Shown in pieces: positions 25,799 through 34,161 of a stretch of DNA of 64,000 nucleotides. The DNA comes from Dehalococcoidia bacterium (lineage in GTDB: Bacteria > Chloroflexota > Dehalococcoidia > SM23-28-2 > WHTN01), in NCBI GenBank assembly GCA_009377715.1, contig WHTN01000004.1, positions 4,753 through 68,752 on the forward strand, given 5' to 3'. The translations under genes were made by a program, and so were the position numbers. Positions within the stretch are counted from its first letter, which is position 1. Every line of letters starts with the position of its first letter. Below the pieces are notes generated by a model, which saw nothing but the letters and a program-made list of their open reading frames with translations, did not search any database and had not been told where the DNA came from.

Positions 25799-26299
25799 CT
25801 ATAGAACGAACGGGATCCATCGTTTTACTCTCCGGCGATACTCATCATAATCGCGTCCGAATTGCTTGCGCAGCCGCTCTTCGTCCTCTAGCACCCGCTG
25901 ATGCAGCATCGCCGCATTTACTAAAAGCAGCAGCCACGGCAGCTTAGAACGCAAAGTCAACGCCAATCCGGCGGTAAATATGAGATCGCCGAGATACATC
26001 GGATTACGCGTGAAAGCGTACGGCCCCTCTTGGACTAACTTATCCGGTAGGTTTTCGAAGCTACCGCCTCCGCCACCCTGACGCGTCCGGTACCTACCTA
26101 TAAGTCGGTGCTGGTAGTAACCCAAGGCGAGCAGCGGCGCAAAGCGCACGTCAATAGTGAGAACCCCGTTCCGCCGAAGCGTTTCGTAGGCAAAGGCCAG
26201 GCCAGGGAATATCTTGAATGTCCTGGTATGGGTATTTTGAAAGTCGTCCCAACTATGCCTCACGATCGAGTGTAGTTTTACGTTCTCAGGCCATTTCAT
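25799..26299 (-). CDS. isoprenylcysteine carboxyl methyltransferase / phospholipid methyltransferase family membrane protein
   Basis: ..YAFTRNPMYLGDLIF.. and ..EERLRKQFGRDYDEYRRRV.. Confidence 0.75.
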   Translation of the reverse strand: MKWPENVKLHSIVRHSWDDFQNTHTRTFKIFPGLAFAYETLRRNGVLTIDVRFAPLLALGYYQHRLIGRYRTRQGGGGGSFENLPDKLVQEGPYAFTRNPMYLGDLIFTAGLALTLRSKLPWLLLLVNAAMLHQRVLEDEERLRKQFGRDYDEYRRRVKRWIPFVL

Positions 26300-26361
26300 C
26301 CGCTTTCTCCATTTACTAACGACAGCCTTTTGAAACCCTTCTTATCGGAACGAAACTAAGT

Positions 26362-26727
26362 TTAATCGCGAGCGTCGAGTTCGGTAGGCAGGCGCTTCGG
26401 GGCGATCATACGATAAGCATCGGTCACGAGATCGGCGATTTCGGCCCAGTCGACCGGGACGTCGAGCCACACGCCGAGCCAGTCGCGATGGCCCACGTAA
26501 GGCGGGACGAAGAACCGCTCCGGTGCCGACATAACAAGAACGTCCTGTGCTCCTGGAGCGGCAGCGCACCAGAAAGCCAAGCGGTCGTCGTGGTGGTGGT
26601 CAGAGTACGTCACGAACGTCTTCTTGCCGCCGATAAACCAGGTTGGCTCGCCGTGACTAAGCCGTTCGGTGGTGTCGGGCAGAGTAAGGCACAGTTGCCT
26701 TAGCTTTTCGAGAGGATCGTCCGCCAT
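26362..26727 (-). CDS. MmcQ/YjbR-family protein (putative)
   Basis: 121-aa ORF with the family's L..C..LP/..W..GGK.F..../..HW..V.LD pattern. Confidence 0.5.
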   Translation of the reverse strand: MADDPLEKLRQLCLTLPDTTERLSHGEPTWFIGGKKTFVTYSDHHHDDRLAFWCAAAPGAQDVLVMSAPERFFVPPYVGHRDWLGVWLDVPVDWAEIADLVTDAYRMIAPKRLPTELDARD

Positions 26728-26854
26728 GCTAGAAGTTTAGCTTAGAATTACGATTCAACAAAACTTTCGTTGCGATTTTTTGTTGTTAATCTGGCCGCCT
26801 CAGCAAAGTGGGCCAAGCTAAAGCTTGGCCCACTTATTTCGCGGCCGCGTTAAA

Positions 26855-29017
26855 CTAGGCCTGCGGCTCTTGTTGGAGCGGCGCAGGCCGCTCCACCGAG
26901 TCCACACGGATAGTGGGCAGGACTCGTACCAGCCAGCTAGGCGCCCACCAGTTGGCTTTGCCCATTAACTCCATCGCCGCAGGCACCAAGACCAGCCGCA
27001 CGACAGTAGCATCGATCAGGACAGCGAAAGCGAGCCCGAAGCCTATCAGCTTGAGGGCGCGTTCGTCGCCCAGGATGAAGCTACCGAACACACAGACCAT
27101 GATCGCCGCGGCGGCCGAGATAACACGGCCGGTCGCCGCAAGGCCATCAGCTACGGCACGGCGGTTATCGCCACTTCGGTCGTACTCTTCGCGAACGCGA
27201 GTGAGCAGGAAGACCTCGTAGTCCATGGAGAGGCCGAAAACGATGGGGAACAGCATCATCGGCGCCCAGGCTTCTATCGGTCCTTCTTTACCAAGACCGA
27301 AAACGCTACCCAAAAAGCCCCACTGGAAGACCGCTATCATAGCGCCGAACGAGGCGCCGATCGAAAGCATGTTCATTACCACAGCTTTAAGCGGCACTAC
27401 CACGCTATGGAAAACGGTCAGTAGCAGGAGGAACGAAAGCAGCAGCACAGCGCCGAAGAAGAGCGGTAGACGGTCGCTCATGTAATCGGAGAAGTCTACT
27501 ACAGCAGGCGGCAGTCCAGTTAGGAAGATCTGCGGCGATGTCCCATTTATAACGGGAGGGATAACATCGTTGCGCAGGCGATGCACCAGGTCCGTTGTCT
27601 CTTCGTCCTGTGGCGCATAGTCTGGATATATCTGGAATAGATGGACCGAGCCATCGGCGACAGCGTTAGGCTCCGTTACGGACTCTACGCCCGGCGTAGA
27701 CTCCATAGCGCTCTTCAGGCGTTCGAGCGTGGCGAGGTCCGACTGTCCGTTCGGCGTGTCGGCGACGACCAGGAACGAGCCGTTGAAGCCCGGCCCGAAG
27801 CCCTCGGAGAGCAGGTCATAAGCGCGTCGCGTAGTATCGCCCGTGCCCCGGTTGCCAGCATCCGCGAAACCAAGCCGCATAGAGAAAACCGGGATCGCAA
27901 GCACGAGCAGCAGCGCCGTGCTCGCGATGAGTGCAGGCCAAGGGTGGGCTTGAATGACGCGACTCCAGCGGTACCAGAAGGAGCGACCTGTATTGCCCTC
28001 CCCTCTAGTGAGATGGGGCAATGCCAGCTTGTCTATGTTGTGTCCCACAAAACCGAGCAACGCTGGAAGCAAGGTTATGGATGCGAACATCGTCATGAAG
28101 ACGGCCAATATTGCTCCAGTGGCTACGCTACGCATGAAGTCCAGGTTCATCATAAACATGCCGAGGAGCGAGATGACGACCGTCAAGCCCGCAAACACCA
28201 CAGCGCGTCCCGAAGTGTCGATGGCCAGAGTCACGGCTTCAGGCGGCTCTAGGCCGTCGTGTAGGGCCTGCCGGTAGCGGGTCACGATGAAGAGGGCGTA
28301 ATCTATGCCGACGCCGATGCCAATCATGGCCGCGATTTGCGTAGTGAACTCAGGCACACTCAACACGCGGGTCACTAAACCGATAAGAGCAACGCCGCAG
28401 CCAATCCCGAAGAGAGCTGTTATGATCGGCAGACCCATCGCCAACAGAGAGCCGAAGGCTACTAACAGAATGACGATGGCCGCTACGATACCAATTAATT
28501 CACTAGAGAATCCAGGCACGTCCGCGAAGATATCGCCACCAAGTTCCACCTGGAGCCCTGGAACGCTGATCTGTTCGTGCAGTGCCTGGACTTCGTCTGC
28601 ATCTTCGATGTACTGCTCCTCGTCGCGGTCGGAGAAGTTGACTTCGGCGAAGGCGATATTGCCGCCATCGGATATCTGATGCGAGTTATCTGGCTCATAT
28701 GGGCTGACAACCTCTACGCCCTCGACATTGCTCGCGATATCCGCAAAAAATGTCTCCATGGTCTGCCGGACCGCCGGGTCGTCAACCCCCTGCTCAGCCT
28801 CGAATACAACTTGGCCAGTGAAGCCAGTACGTTCGCTGACTCCCCGGGCCTCCAGAAGGTCGAAGGCATCCTGGCTTTCCGATCCCGGCAGTTCGAATTC
28901 AGTCTTGTATTCGCCAGCCAGGCCGGTGGAGATAGCGAATAGCCCGACTATCAGGCCGATCCAACCCAACAAGACCAGACGGCGTTTGCTGTAACAAATT
29001 TGTGCGAGTTGCTTCAT
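26855..29017 (-). CDS. MMPL-family (RND superfamily) membrane transporter
   Basis: 720-aa ORF; two 6-TM bundles separated by soluble loops. Confidence 0.85.
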   Translation of the reverse strand: MKQLAQICYSKRRLVLLGWIGLIVGLFAISTGLAGEYKTEFELPGSESQDAFDLLEARGVSERTGFTGQVVFEAEQGVDDPAVRQTMETFFADIASNVEGVEVVSPYEPDNSHQISDGGNIAFAEVNFSDRDEEQYIEDADEVQALHEQISVPGLQVELGGDIFADVPGFSSELIGIVAAIVILLVAFGSLLAMGLPIITALFGIGCGVALIGLVTRVLSVPEFTTQIAAMIGIGVGIDYALFIVTRYRQALHDGLEPPEAVTLAIDTSGRAVVFAGLTVVISLLGMFMMNLDFMRSVATGAILAVFMTMFASITLLPALLGFVGHNIDKLALPHLTRGEGNTGRSFWYRWSRVIQAHPWPALIASTALLLVLAIPVFSMRLGFADAGNRGTGDTTRRAYDLLSEGFGPGFNGSFLVVADTPNGQSDLATLERLKSAMESTPGVESVTEPNAVADGSVHLFQIYPDYAPQDEETTDLVHRLRNDVIPPVINGTSPQIFLTGLPPAVVDFSDYMSDRLPLFFGAVLLLSFLLLLTVFHSVVVPLKAVVMNMLSIGASFGAMIAVFQWGFLGSVFGLGKEGPIEAWAPMMLFPIVFGLSMDYEVFLLTRVREEYDRSGDNRRAVADGLAATGRVISAAAAIMVCVFGSFILGDERALKLIGFGLAFAVLIDATVVRLVLVPAAMELMGKANWWAPSWLVRVLPTIRVDSVERPAPLQQEPQA

Positions 29018-29081
29018 GCTGTTTACTCCTAAAAATAATTACTTCTTGGACCAGATGTATCAGCCATATGGGCCCACACTA

Positions 29082-29883
29082 CTACTGAATGCGACTCCGC
29101 AAAGAGAGAAACGCCAGTGTGATTGTAACCACGCCCAAAGCTGCAACCGTGAGAAACGTTATCCCAATATCAGCAGCGTCCCAACCAGTCAGCGAGAGCG
29201 CCCGCATGCCTTCCAATATGTAAGTCATCGGGTTGAACGTAGCAGCAGTCTCCAACCAGCCCGAGAGAGCTTCCTTCGGCGCGAACATCGTGGTGGTGAA
29301 GATCAGTGGCATAAAGAGGAACCACATGCTCTGCGTCGCCTGAGCATTACCCGTCTTGAGAGCGATAGCGAAGCCGATCCCGGAATAGGCCAGTCCGAAC
29401 AGGCTGCTCATAAACACTAACACCACAGCACCTGGCAAGCCAGTCTCAAAGTGAAGCCCTGTTGCGACGGCGACGAGCAGAACGATGACCGCTTGGATCG
29501 TGATGCGAATGAAGTCAGCGCCCATGGCGCCGATCAGTATAGAAATGCGATTGGCCGGCGTGAGCAACAGTTTATCGAAGTAGCCGCTTTCGATGTCGGC
29601 GACCATGTTCAGGCCAGCCCTGTACCGCAAACAGGATCCCAACCGGTAGCTGAAAAGCCTTCCAATTCGTGATACCGAAAGTATCGGCGAACGCGTCCAA
29701 CGACCCTACCATGATGAAGTAGAAGAATATCGGGACAAGCATGTTAGGAATCAGGTAGGCCGGCGTCCGCCATGCTAAGCGAGCCTCCCTAGCCGCTAAA
29801 AGTAGTGTGGCGCGGACCCCCTGCTGCCAGGAAGACCAAGGCGTAAGCCTAGAAGCTTGGGGAAAAGAAAGTTCCGTCATCAT
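29082..29883 (-). pseudogene. ABC-2-type transporter permease, frameshifted (pieces 29572..29883 and 29082..29642)
   Basis: N-terminal piece ends ..VGILFAVQ then continues ..AGLNMVADIESGYFDKLLLTP.. in another frame; shift at ~29605-29625 (GGG run). Confidence 0.7.
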
Positions 29884-30854
29884 AGCGTTTTACCTCCGTC
29901 TTGCGTAGCCTCAGCGCCCTCGAGTCGGGAACCCGTCGCACGCAAGAACACTTCGTCGAGCGTCGGCTGTGAGATCGCGACCGAACCCACCGGAACACCG
30001 GCCGAGTCGAGCATACGGATCACGTCGGCGACTACCCCTGTGCCGTCGTTCACGAACAGCGTCAGGCTGGCCTCTTCCGATCTCAACTCTTTAATGCCCT
30101 CCAGTTGGCTGAGGATCGATCCTGCATGGTCACGTCGTTCAGGACTTACCGCTACTGTTACTACGTCGCCGCTGATAGAGGCCTTAAGGCCGCTTGGCGT
30201 ACCTTCAGCTACGATTCTGCCACGGTCGATAATCGCTAGCCTGTTCGCCAGCCGGTCTGCTTCTTCCAGGTAGTGCGTGGTGAGGAAGACTGTTACGCCG
30301 AACTGGCTGTTGAGTTTGCTAATCTCCTGCCAGATGGTCTGTCGGCTGGCAGGGTCCAGTCCCTCAGTAGGCTCGTCGAGAAAGAGGATGGCGGGACTGT
30401 GGACGAGGGCGCTGGCTAGATCGAGCCGGCGCTTCATGCCGCCTGAATAGGTCTTGACGTGACGATCGGCGGCGTCCACGAGGCCTACCAACTCTAGTAG
30501 TTCTGCCGCCCGATTATTCGCCTGCGAAGTGCTTACGCCGAAAAGTTTCGCTTGCATGGCCAATAGCTCTCGGCCAGTGGCCATCGCATCGAGGCCAGCC
30601 TCCTGGAGGGCTACGCCGATCGAGCGGCGGATCTCATGCTGATGGCTATAGATATCGTATCCGGCAACCGTCGCGCGGCCGGCCGTCGGCCGAAGGAGTG
30701 TCGTCAACATTCTGACGGTCGTCGTCTTGCCAGCGCCGTTCGGACCAAGAAACCCGAATATCTCACCTTCTCGTATCTCGAGATCGATGCCCGCCACGGC
30801 GACTACGCCGCTCGAAAATTCTTTACGAAGACCTTCCGCTTCGATAGCTTTCAT
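29880..30854 (-). CDS. ABC transporter ATP-binding protein (DrrA-like)
   Basis: Walker A GPNGAGKTT, signature LSGGMKRRL, Walker B LFLDEPT; start at MKAIEAEGL. Confidence 0.9.
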   Translation of the reverse strand: MKAIEAEGLRKEFSSGVVAVAGIDLEIREGEIFGFLGPNGAGKTTTVRMLTTLLRPTAGRATVAGYDIYSHQHEIRRSIGVALQEAGLDAMATGRELLAMQAKLFGVSTSQANNRAAELLELVGLVDAADRHVKTYSGGMKRRLDLASALVHSPAILFLDEPTEGLDPASRQTIWQEISKLNSQFGVTVFLTTHYLEEADRLANRLAIIDRGRIVAEGTPSGLKASISGDVVTVAVSPERRDHAGSILSQLEGIKELRSEEASLTLFVNDGTGVVADVIRMLDSAGVPVGSVAISQPTLDEVFLRATGSRLEGAEATQDGGKTL

Positions 30855-31208
30855 ATTCTGACTCCGTCCAACATCTCTGAAGTAGCTGATGTTCAATGCG
30901 CTCACGTTTTGCCATATCATTAGTACCTCAATTCACACTGGAAGTCTAGCTGTTCTATATCCTGAAATGGATTGGATAAGATCACTTCTTCTGCCAGTTC
31001 TCCGAGCTACGCAATAAAGGGTTTTCTGCGGGGTCCGCCGGGTGAAGTTCATTCCATCCGGCCGACCATCCGCATTTCAGATCATAGAGGTAGGGCGCGG
31101 GACCGCTCTTCCGTTGAAATGCGTATTTTTCGGCGCCGTTCGAGGTACAGCCAGACCTAAAGCATGCGGAGGACATCAGGCCGATGGCGGAGAGTACGCA
31201 GATCGCGT

Positions 31209-32240
31209 CTACAGTACTGCAGCGATCCGATGACGGAAGGCGTACGCGGTCGCCTCGGCGCGGTTGTGTGCGCCGATCTTCTGGTAGATGTTGCTGATGT
31301 GCCGCTCGACAGTACGGTTACTGATCGTGAGAGTTCGCGCCATCTGATCGTTGCTGCTGCCACTAGCCAGGAGGGCAAGGATCTCCAACTCACGTTCAGT
31401 CAGGCCATCGGGGCGTGGCCGCTCGCTAGCATCCTCGAGAAACTGATCGATGGCGGCGAATATACCTTCCGTATCGCCGACGAAAGGGAAGACAGTGGAG
31501 CCTCCGAGGATGACCAAGCGCGCTCGCGGCGTAGCGGCGGCAAACTTCCTTACCAACTCAAGCGTTGGGTATGCCGCCTCCCGCCGGTGGAGGATGAGCG
31601 CCGGCATCGTCAATTCTCCCAGCTTAGGCATCAGGTCAAAGTCTTGAAAGCGCGCCATAGCCCCCAAATAGTAGTCCGAGGTCGCGCAATCGCGCATGTA
31701 TGCCGCGTAACGACGGCCCTGTTGCATGTCCGCCCACGCCAACCCAAGCTGAGAAATGATCTCGGTAAACGTAGGCCAGTCCATCCCTGCCGTTGCACGG
31801 GCTGCTTGAACTGGCGGCGAAGACTCTACGAACTCTCGGTTACTCGCAAACGGGGACCAGAACACCAAATGCGATACCGACTCCAGGTGCTGGCAAGCAT
31901 AAAGAACAGCAGTAGCCGAAGAGTGCAATTGCGCTAAAAGCGCAAATCGCTTCAACCCTTCTTTGCGCGCTACCGCTTCGATATCGTGCACAGCGAGTGC
32001 TAGATCGAAGTCTCGATGCCGGTCCGAGAGACCTATACCCCGGTGGTCGAGGCGGATGAGACGATAGTTCGCTGCCAAGCGCTCAAGCCAGGCCCGCTGC
32101 TCGGGGTACTGCCATTCGCGCGTGAGGTGGCTTAGGCCGCCACCACCTGTAAGACACACGAGAGGCGCGCCTTCGCCCCTGCTGTAGTACGCGATGTTAA
32201 CGCCATCGTTTGTTCTGGCGTACTGGATGTACGGCTCCAT
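31209..32240 (-). CDS. alpha/beta-hydrolase-fold protein fused to C-terminal LuxR-type HTH
   Basis: C-terminus ..LTERELEILALLASGSSNDQMARTLTISNRTVERHISNIYQKIG..; N-terminal alpha/beta hydrolase-like. Confidence 0.75.
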   Translation of the reverse strand: MEPYIQYARTNDGVNIAYYSRGEGAPLVCLTGGGGLSHLTREWQYPEQRAWLERLAANYRLIRLDHRGIGLSDRHRDFDLALAVHDIEAVARKEGLKRFALLAQLHSSATAVLYACQHLESVSHLVFWSPFASNREFVESSPPVQAARATAGMDWPTFTEIISQLGLAWADMQQGRRYAAYMRDCATSDYYLGAMARFQDFDLMPKLGELTMPALILHRREAAYPTLELVRKFAAATPRARLVILGGSTVFPFVGDTEGIFAAIDQFLEDASERPRPDGLTERELEILALLASGSSNDQMARTLTISNRTVERHISNIYQKIGAHNRAEATAYAFRHRIAAVL

Positions 32241-32435
32241 GGTGTCATTATAGCGCCTGCGTGGAAGTACGAGGCCGTCTCCTTTTAATCATACGTAGCG
32301 ACGTGCGCCACTATAGCCAGCCCGGCGTTGTAACGAGTCCACCTATGGTTCTGTACTGCTCTTAAACGCTGCTTTAATTAACTCTAAATGTATGGGTAGG
32401 CTTAAGCTGTCCGTCCTGAATCGCAAAATCAACCT

Positions 32436-32516
32436 CGGACAGACCTTTAGGTCTGTCCCTACGAAGCAAAATCGATCTAACGATACTGTAGGGGCGGCTC
32501 GCGAGCCGCCCCTACT
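32436..32516. repeat. two intergenic hairpins: GGACAGACC-TTT-AGGTCTGTCC (shares the 16-mer core with 1376-1393) and GTAGGGGCGGCT-CGCG-AGCCGCCCCTAC
   Basis: read directly; between divergent genes. Confidence 0.5.
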
Positions 32517-32631
32517 TAACTTCATTGTTGTGAGTAAGCCTGTAAGATATCTCCGCCCATCGGCATGCATAGGTGAGCGAAACCCATAAGTAGCAGGATA
32601 TGTACGCCACTTCTAACAGGATTTTTATTGA

Positions 32632-33180
32632 ATGGCTAACGCTCTGGCTCCAAGATTGAACTACGTATTGGAGGAGCAAGTGATTCCAGAACAGCCCGAC
32701 TTCGATAATCTACCACAGCCACTCGATGGTCTGTCCGAAATGAGCAAGCCGCAGATGGAGCGGTTCAGAGCTTCGATGCGCGTTCTGTGGCGCAACCGTC
32801 CAAAGGCATTGCTAAAGAGCGAACTATACGACTACTCGCTGAAGCTTTGGAGGGAGATGGAGCATTGGCAAGTCTTTAACTACGGCCAGGGCGATATGCG
32901 GTATTGGTCGCTTGGTGGCCGCGGGGGCGAATTACTAGCCTGGTGGGCAGCATTTCAAACCGCTCTCTTCATGGCTCGGAGCGGCGTTTTGGAAGCCGTT
33001 GAGTCCGAGAAAAAGCTGGCCTGGCCAATGCAACTGTTGTACTGGCATGGCTTCCTTCACGGGCTGCAGGCTCAGAGCCGCGGCTGGGGTCAGAACGAGG
33101 CAGGAGCTGAGTTACAGACGTCACCCTGGATGGAAGAAATTAAAGAGATCATCGATTCCTTAAGCGACACTCCAACATAG
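32632..33180 (+). CDS. hypothetical protein
   Basis: 182-aa Trp-rich ORF, no recognisable family. Confidence 0.45.
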   Translation: MANALAPRLNYVLEEQVIPEQPDFDNLPQPLDGLSEMSKPQMERFRASMRVLWRNRPKALLKSELYDYSLKLWREMEHWQVFNYGQGDMRYWSLGGRGGELLAWWAAFQTALFMARSGVLEAVESEKKLAWPMQLLYWHGFLHGLQAQSRGWGQNEAGAELQTSPWMEEIKEIIDSLSDTPT

Positions 33181-33268
33181 TGACCTTTACTGGAGTCGAC
33201 AGCGTTATGCTGACGACGGCTCTTCGACAAATTACATCCTGACTTGCCAAAGGGCCAAGGTAGTGCAA

Positions 33269-33304
33269 CCCGCTCATGGTTCGGCATGCTCACCACGAGC
33301 GGGG
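33269..33304. repeat. REP-like hairpin, family 1 (CCCGCTCATGGT...CACCACGAGCGGG)
   Basis: read directly; immediately 3' of ku. Confidence 0.55.
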
Positions 33305-33309
33305 CGATG

Positions 33310-34161
33310 CTAACCCGCCTTTCGGCGGCTACCCCGCCCACCAGCAGCCGTCTTTTCTCCTGAACCATCTGTCTCTGTAACGGAAGACCTGCCCTTTTGC
33401 GCTTCTTCTAGACTCGCGCGAAGAGCAGTCATAAGGTCGACAACCTTGCCTCTGGTGGGGGGCGGTTCCGCGATCTTCGCGCCCGTGACTTTCTCTTCCA
33501 CCACGCTCAAAAGGGCGTCGCGATATTCGTCCTTGTACTTCGTCGGATCGAAGTTCGTGCTGAGCATATCCACCAGCGATCGGGCCATTTGCAGCTCGCG
33601 CTCCGAAATGCCTAGATCGTCGGCCGGCAGGCTGAGTTCAGCCGCCGATTTCACTTCGTCCGGGTAGTACATCGTCTCCATGCCGATGACTTCATCCTGC
33701 GGTCGCAGCAGGCATAGCTGCTCCTTCTGCCGCAACGCGATCTTCGCCAGCGCGACCCGGCCTGTCTCTTGCAAAGTCTTACGCAGCAACGCGTAGGGCT
33801 TAACGCCGGTCTCTTCCGGTTCGAGGTAGAAGCTGCGCTCGTAGTAGATCGGGTCGACTTCGTCGATGTTCACGAAGTCGGTAATGTCAATGGTATGCGT
33901 GCTGCGAACAGGCACTCGCTGGAAGTCTTCGTCTTCGAGCACCACGTACTGGTCTTTAGCAAACTCATACCCTCTGACTACGTCGCCCCACTCGATTACC
34001 TCTTCGTCGAACGGGCAGTACCTTTGCTGGCGGATCCTGGTAAGGCATTTCTTATGTAAAAGATTGAACGAAATGTCCTTGCTGTCTGTAGCTGTATAAA
34101 GCCTCACTGGGATCACCACCATGCCGAAGCTGATTGCCCCTCGCCACATAGATCTAGGCAT
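33310..34161 (-). CDS. ku: Ku protein (NHEJ)
   Basis: MPRSMWRGAISFGMVVIPVRLY.. canonical bacterial Ku N-terminus. Confidence 0.9.
   Translation of the reverse strand: MPRSMWRGAISFGMVVIPVRLYTATDSKDISFNLLHKKCLTRIRQQRYCPFDEEVIEWGDVVRGYEFAKDQYVVLEDEDFQRVPVRSTHTIDITDFVNIDEVDPIYYERSFYLEPEETGVKPYALLRKTLQETGRVALAKIALRQKEQLCLLRPQDEVIGMETMYYPDEVKSAAELSLPADDLGISERELQMARSLVDMLSTNFDPTKYKDEYRDALLSVVEEKVTGAKIAEPPPTRGKVVDLMTALRASLEEAQKGRSSVTETDGSGEKTAAGGRGSRRKAG

Noticed and set aside
20159-26000. Integrated prophage or integrative element at tRNA-Asp
   Set aside because: I found no integrase, no phage structural genes and no direct repeat of the tRNA 3' end. Only a gene remnant and an AT-rich islet are present, so it is reported merely as a possible old insertion scar.
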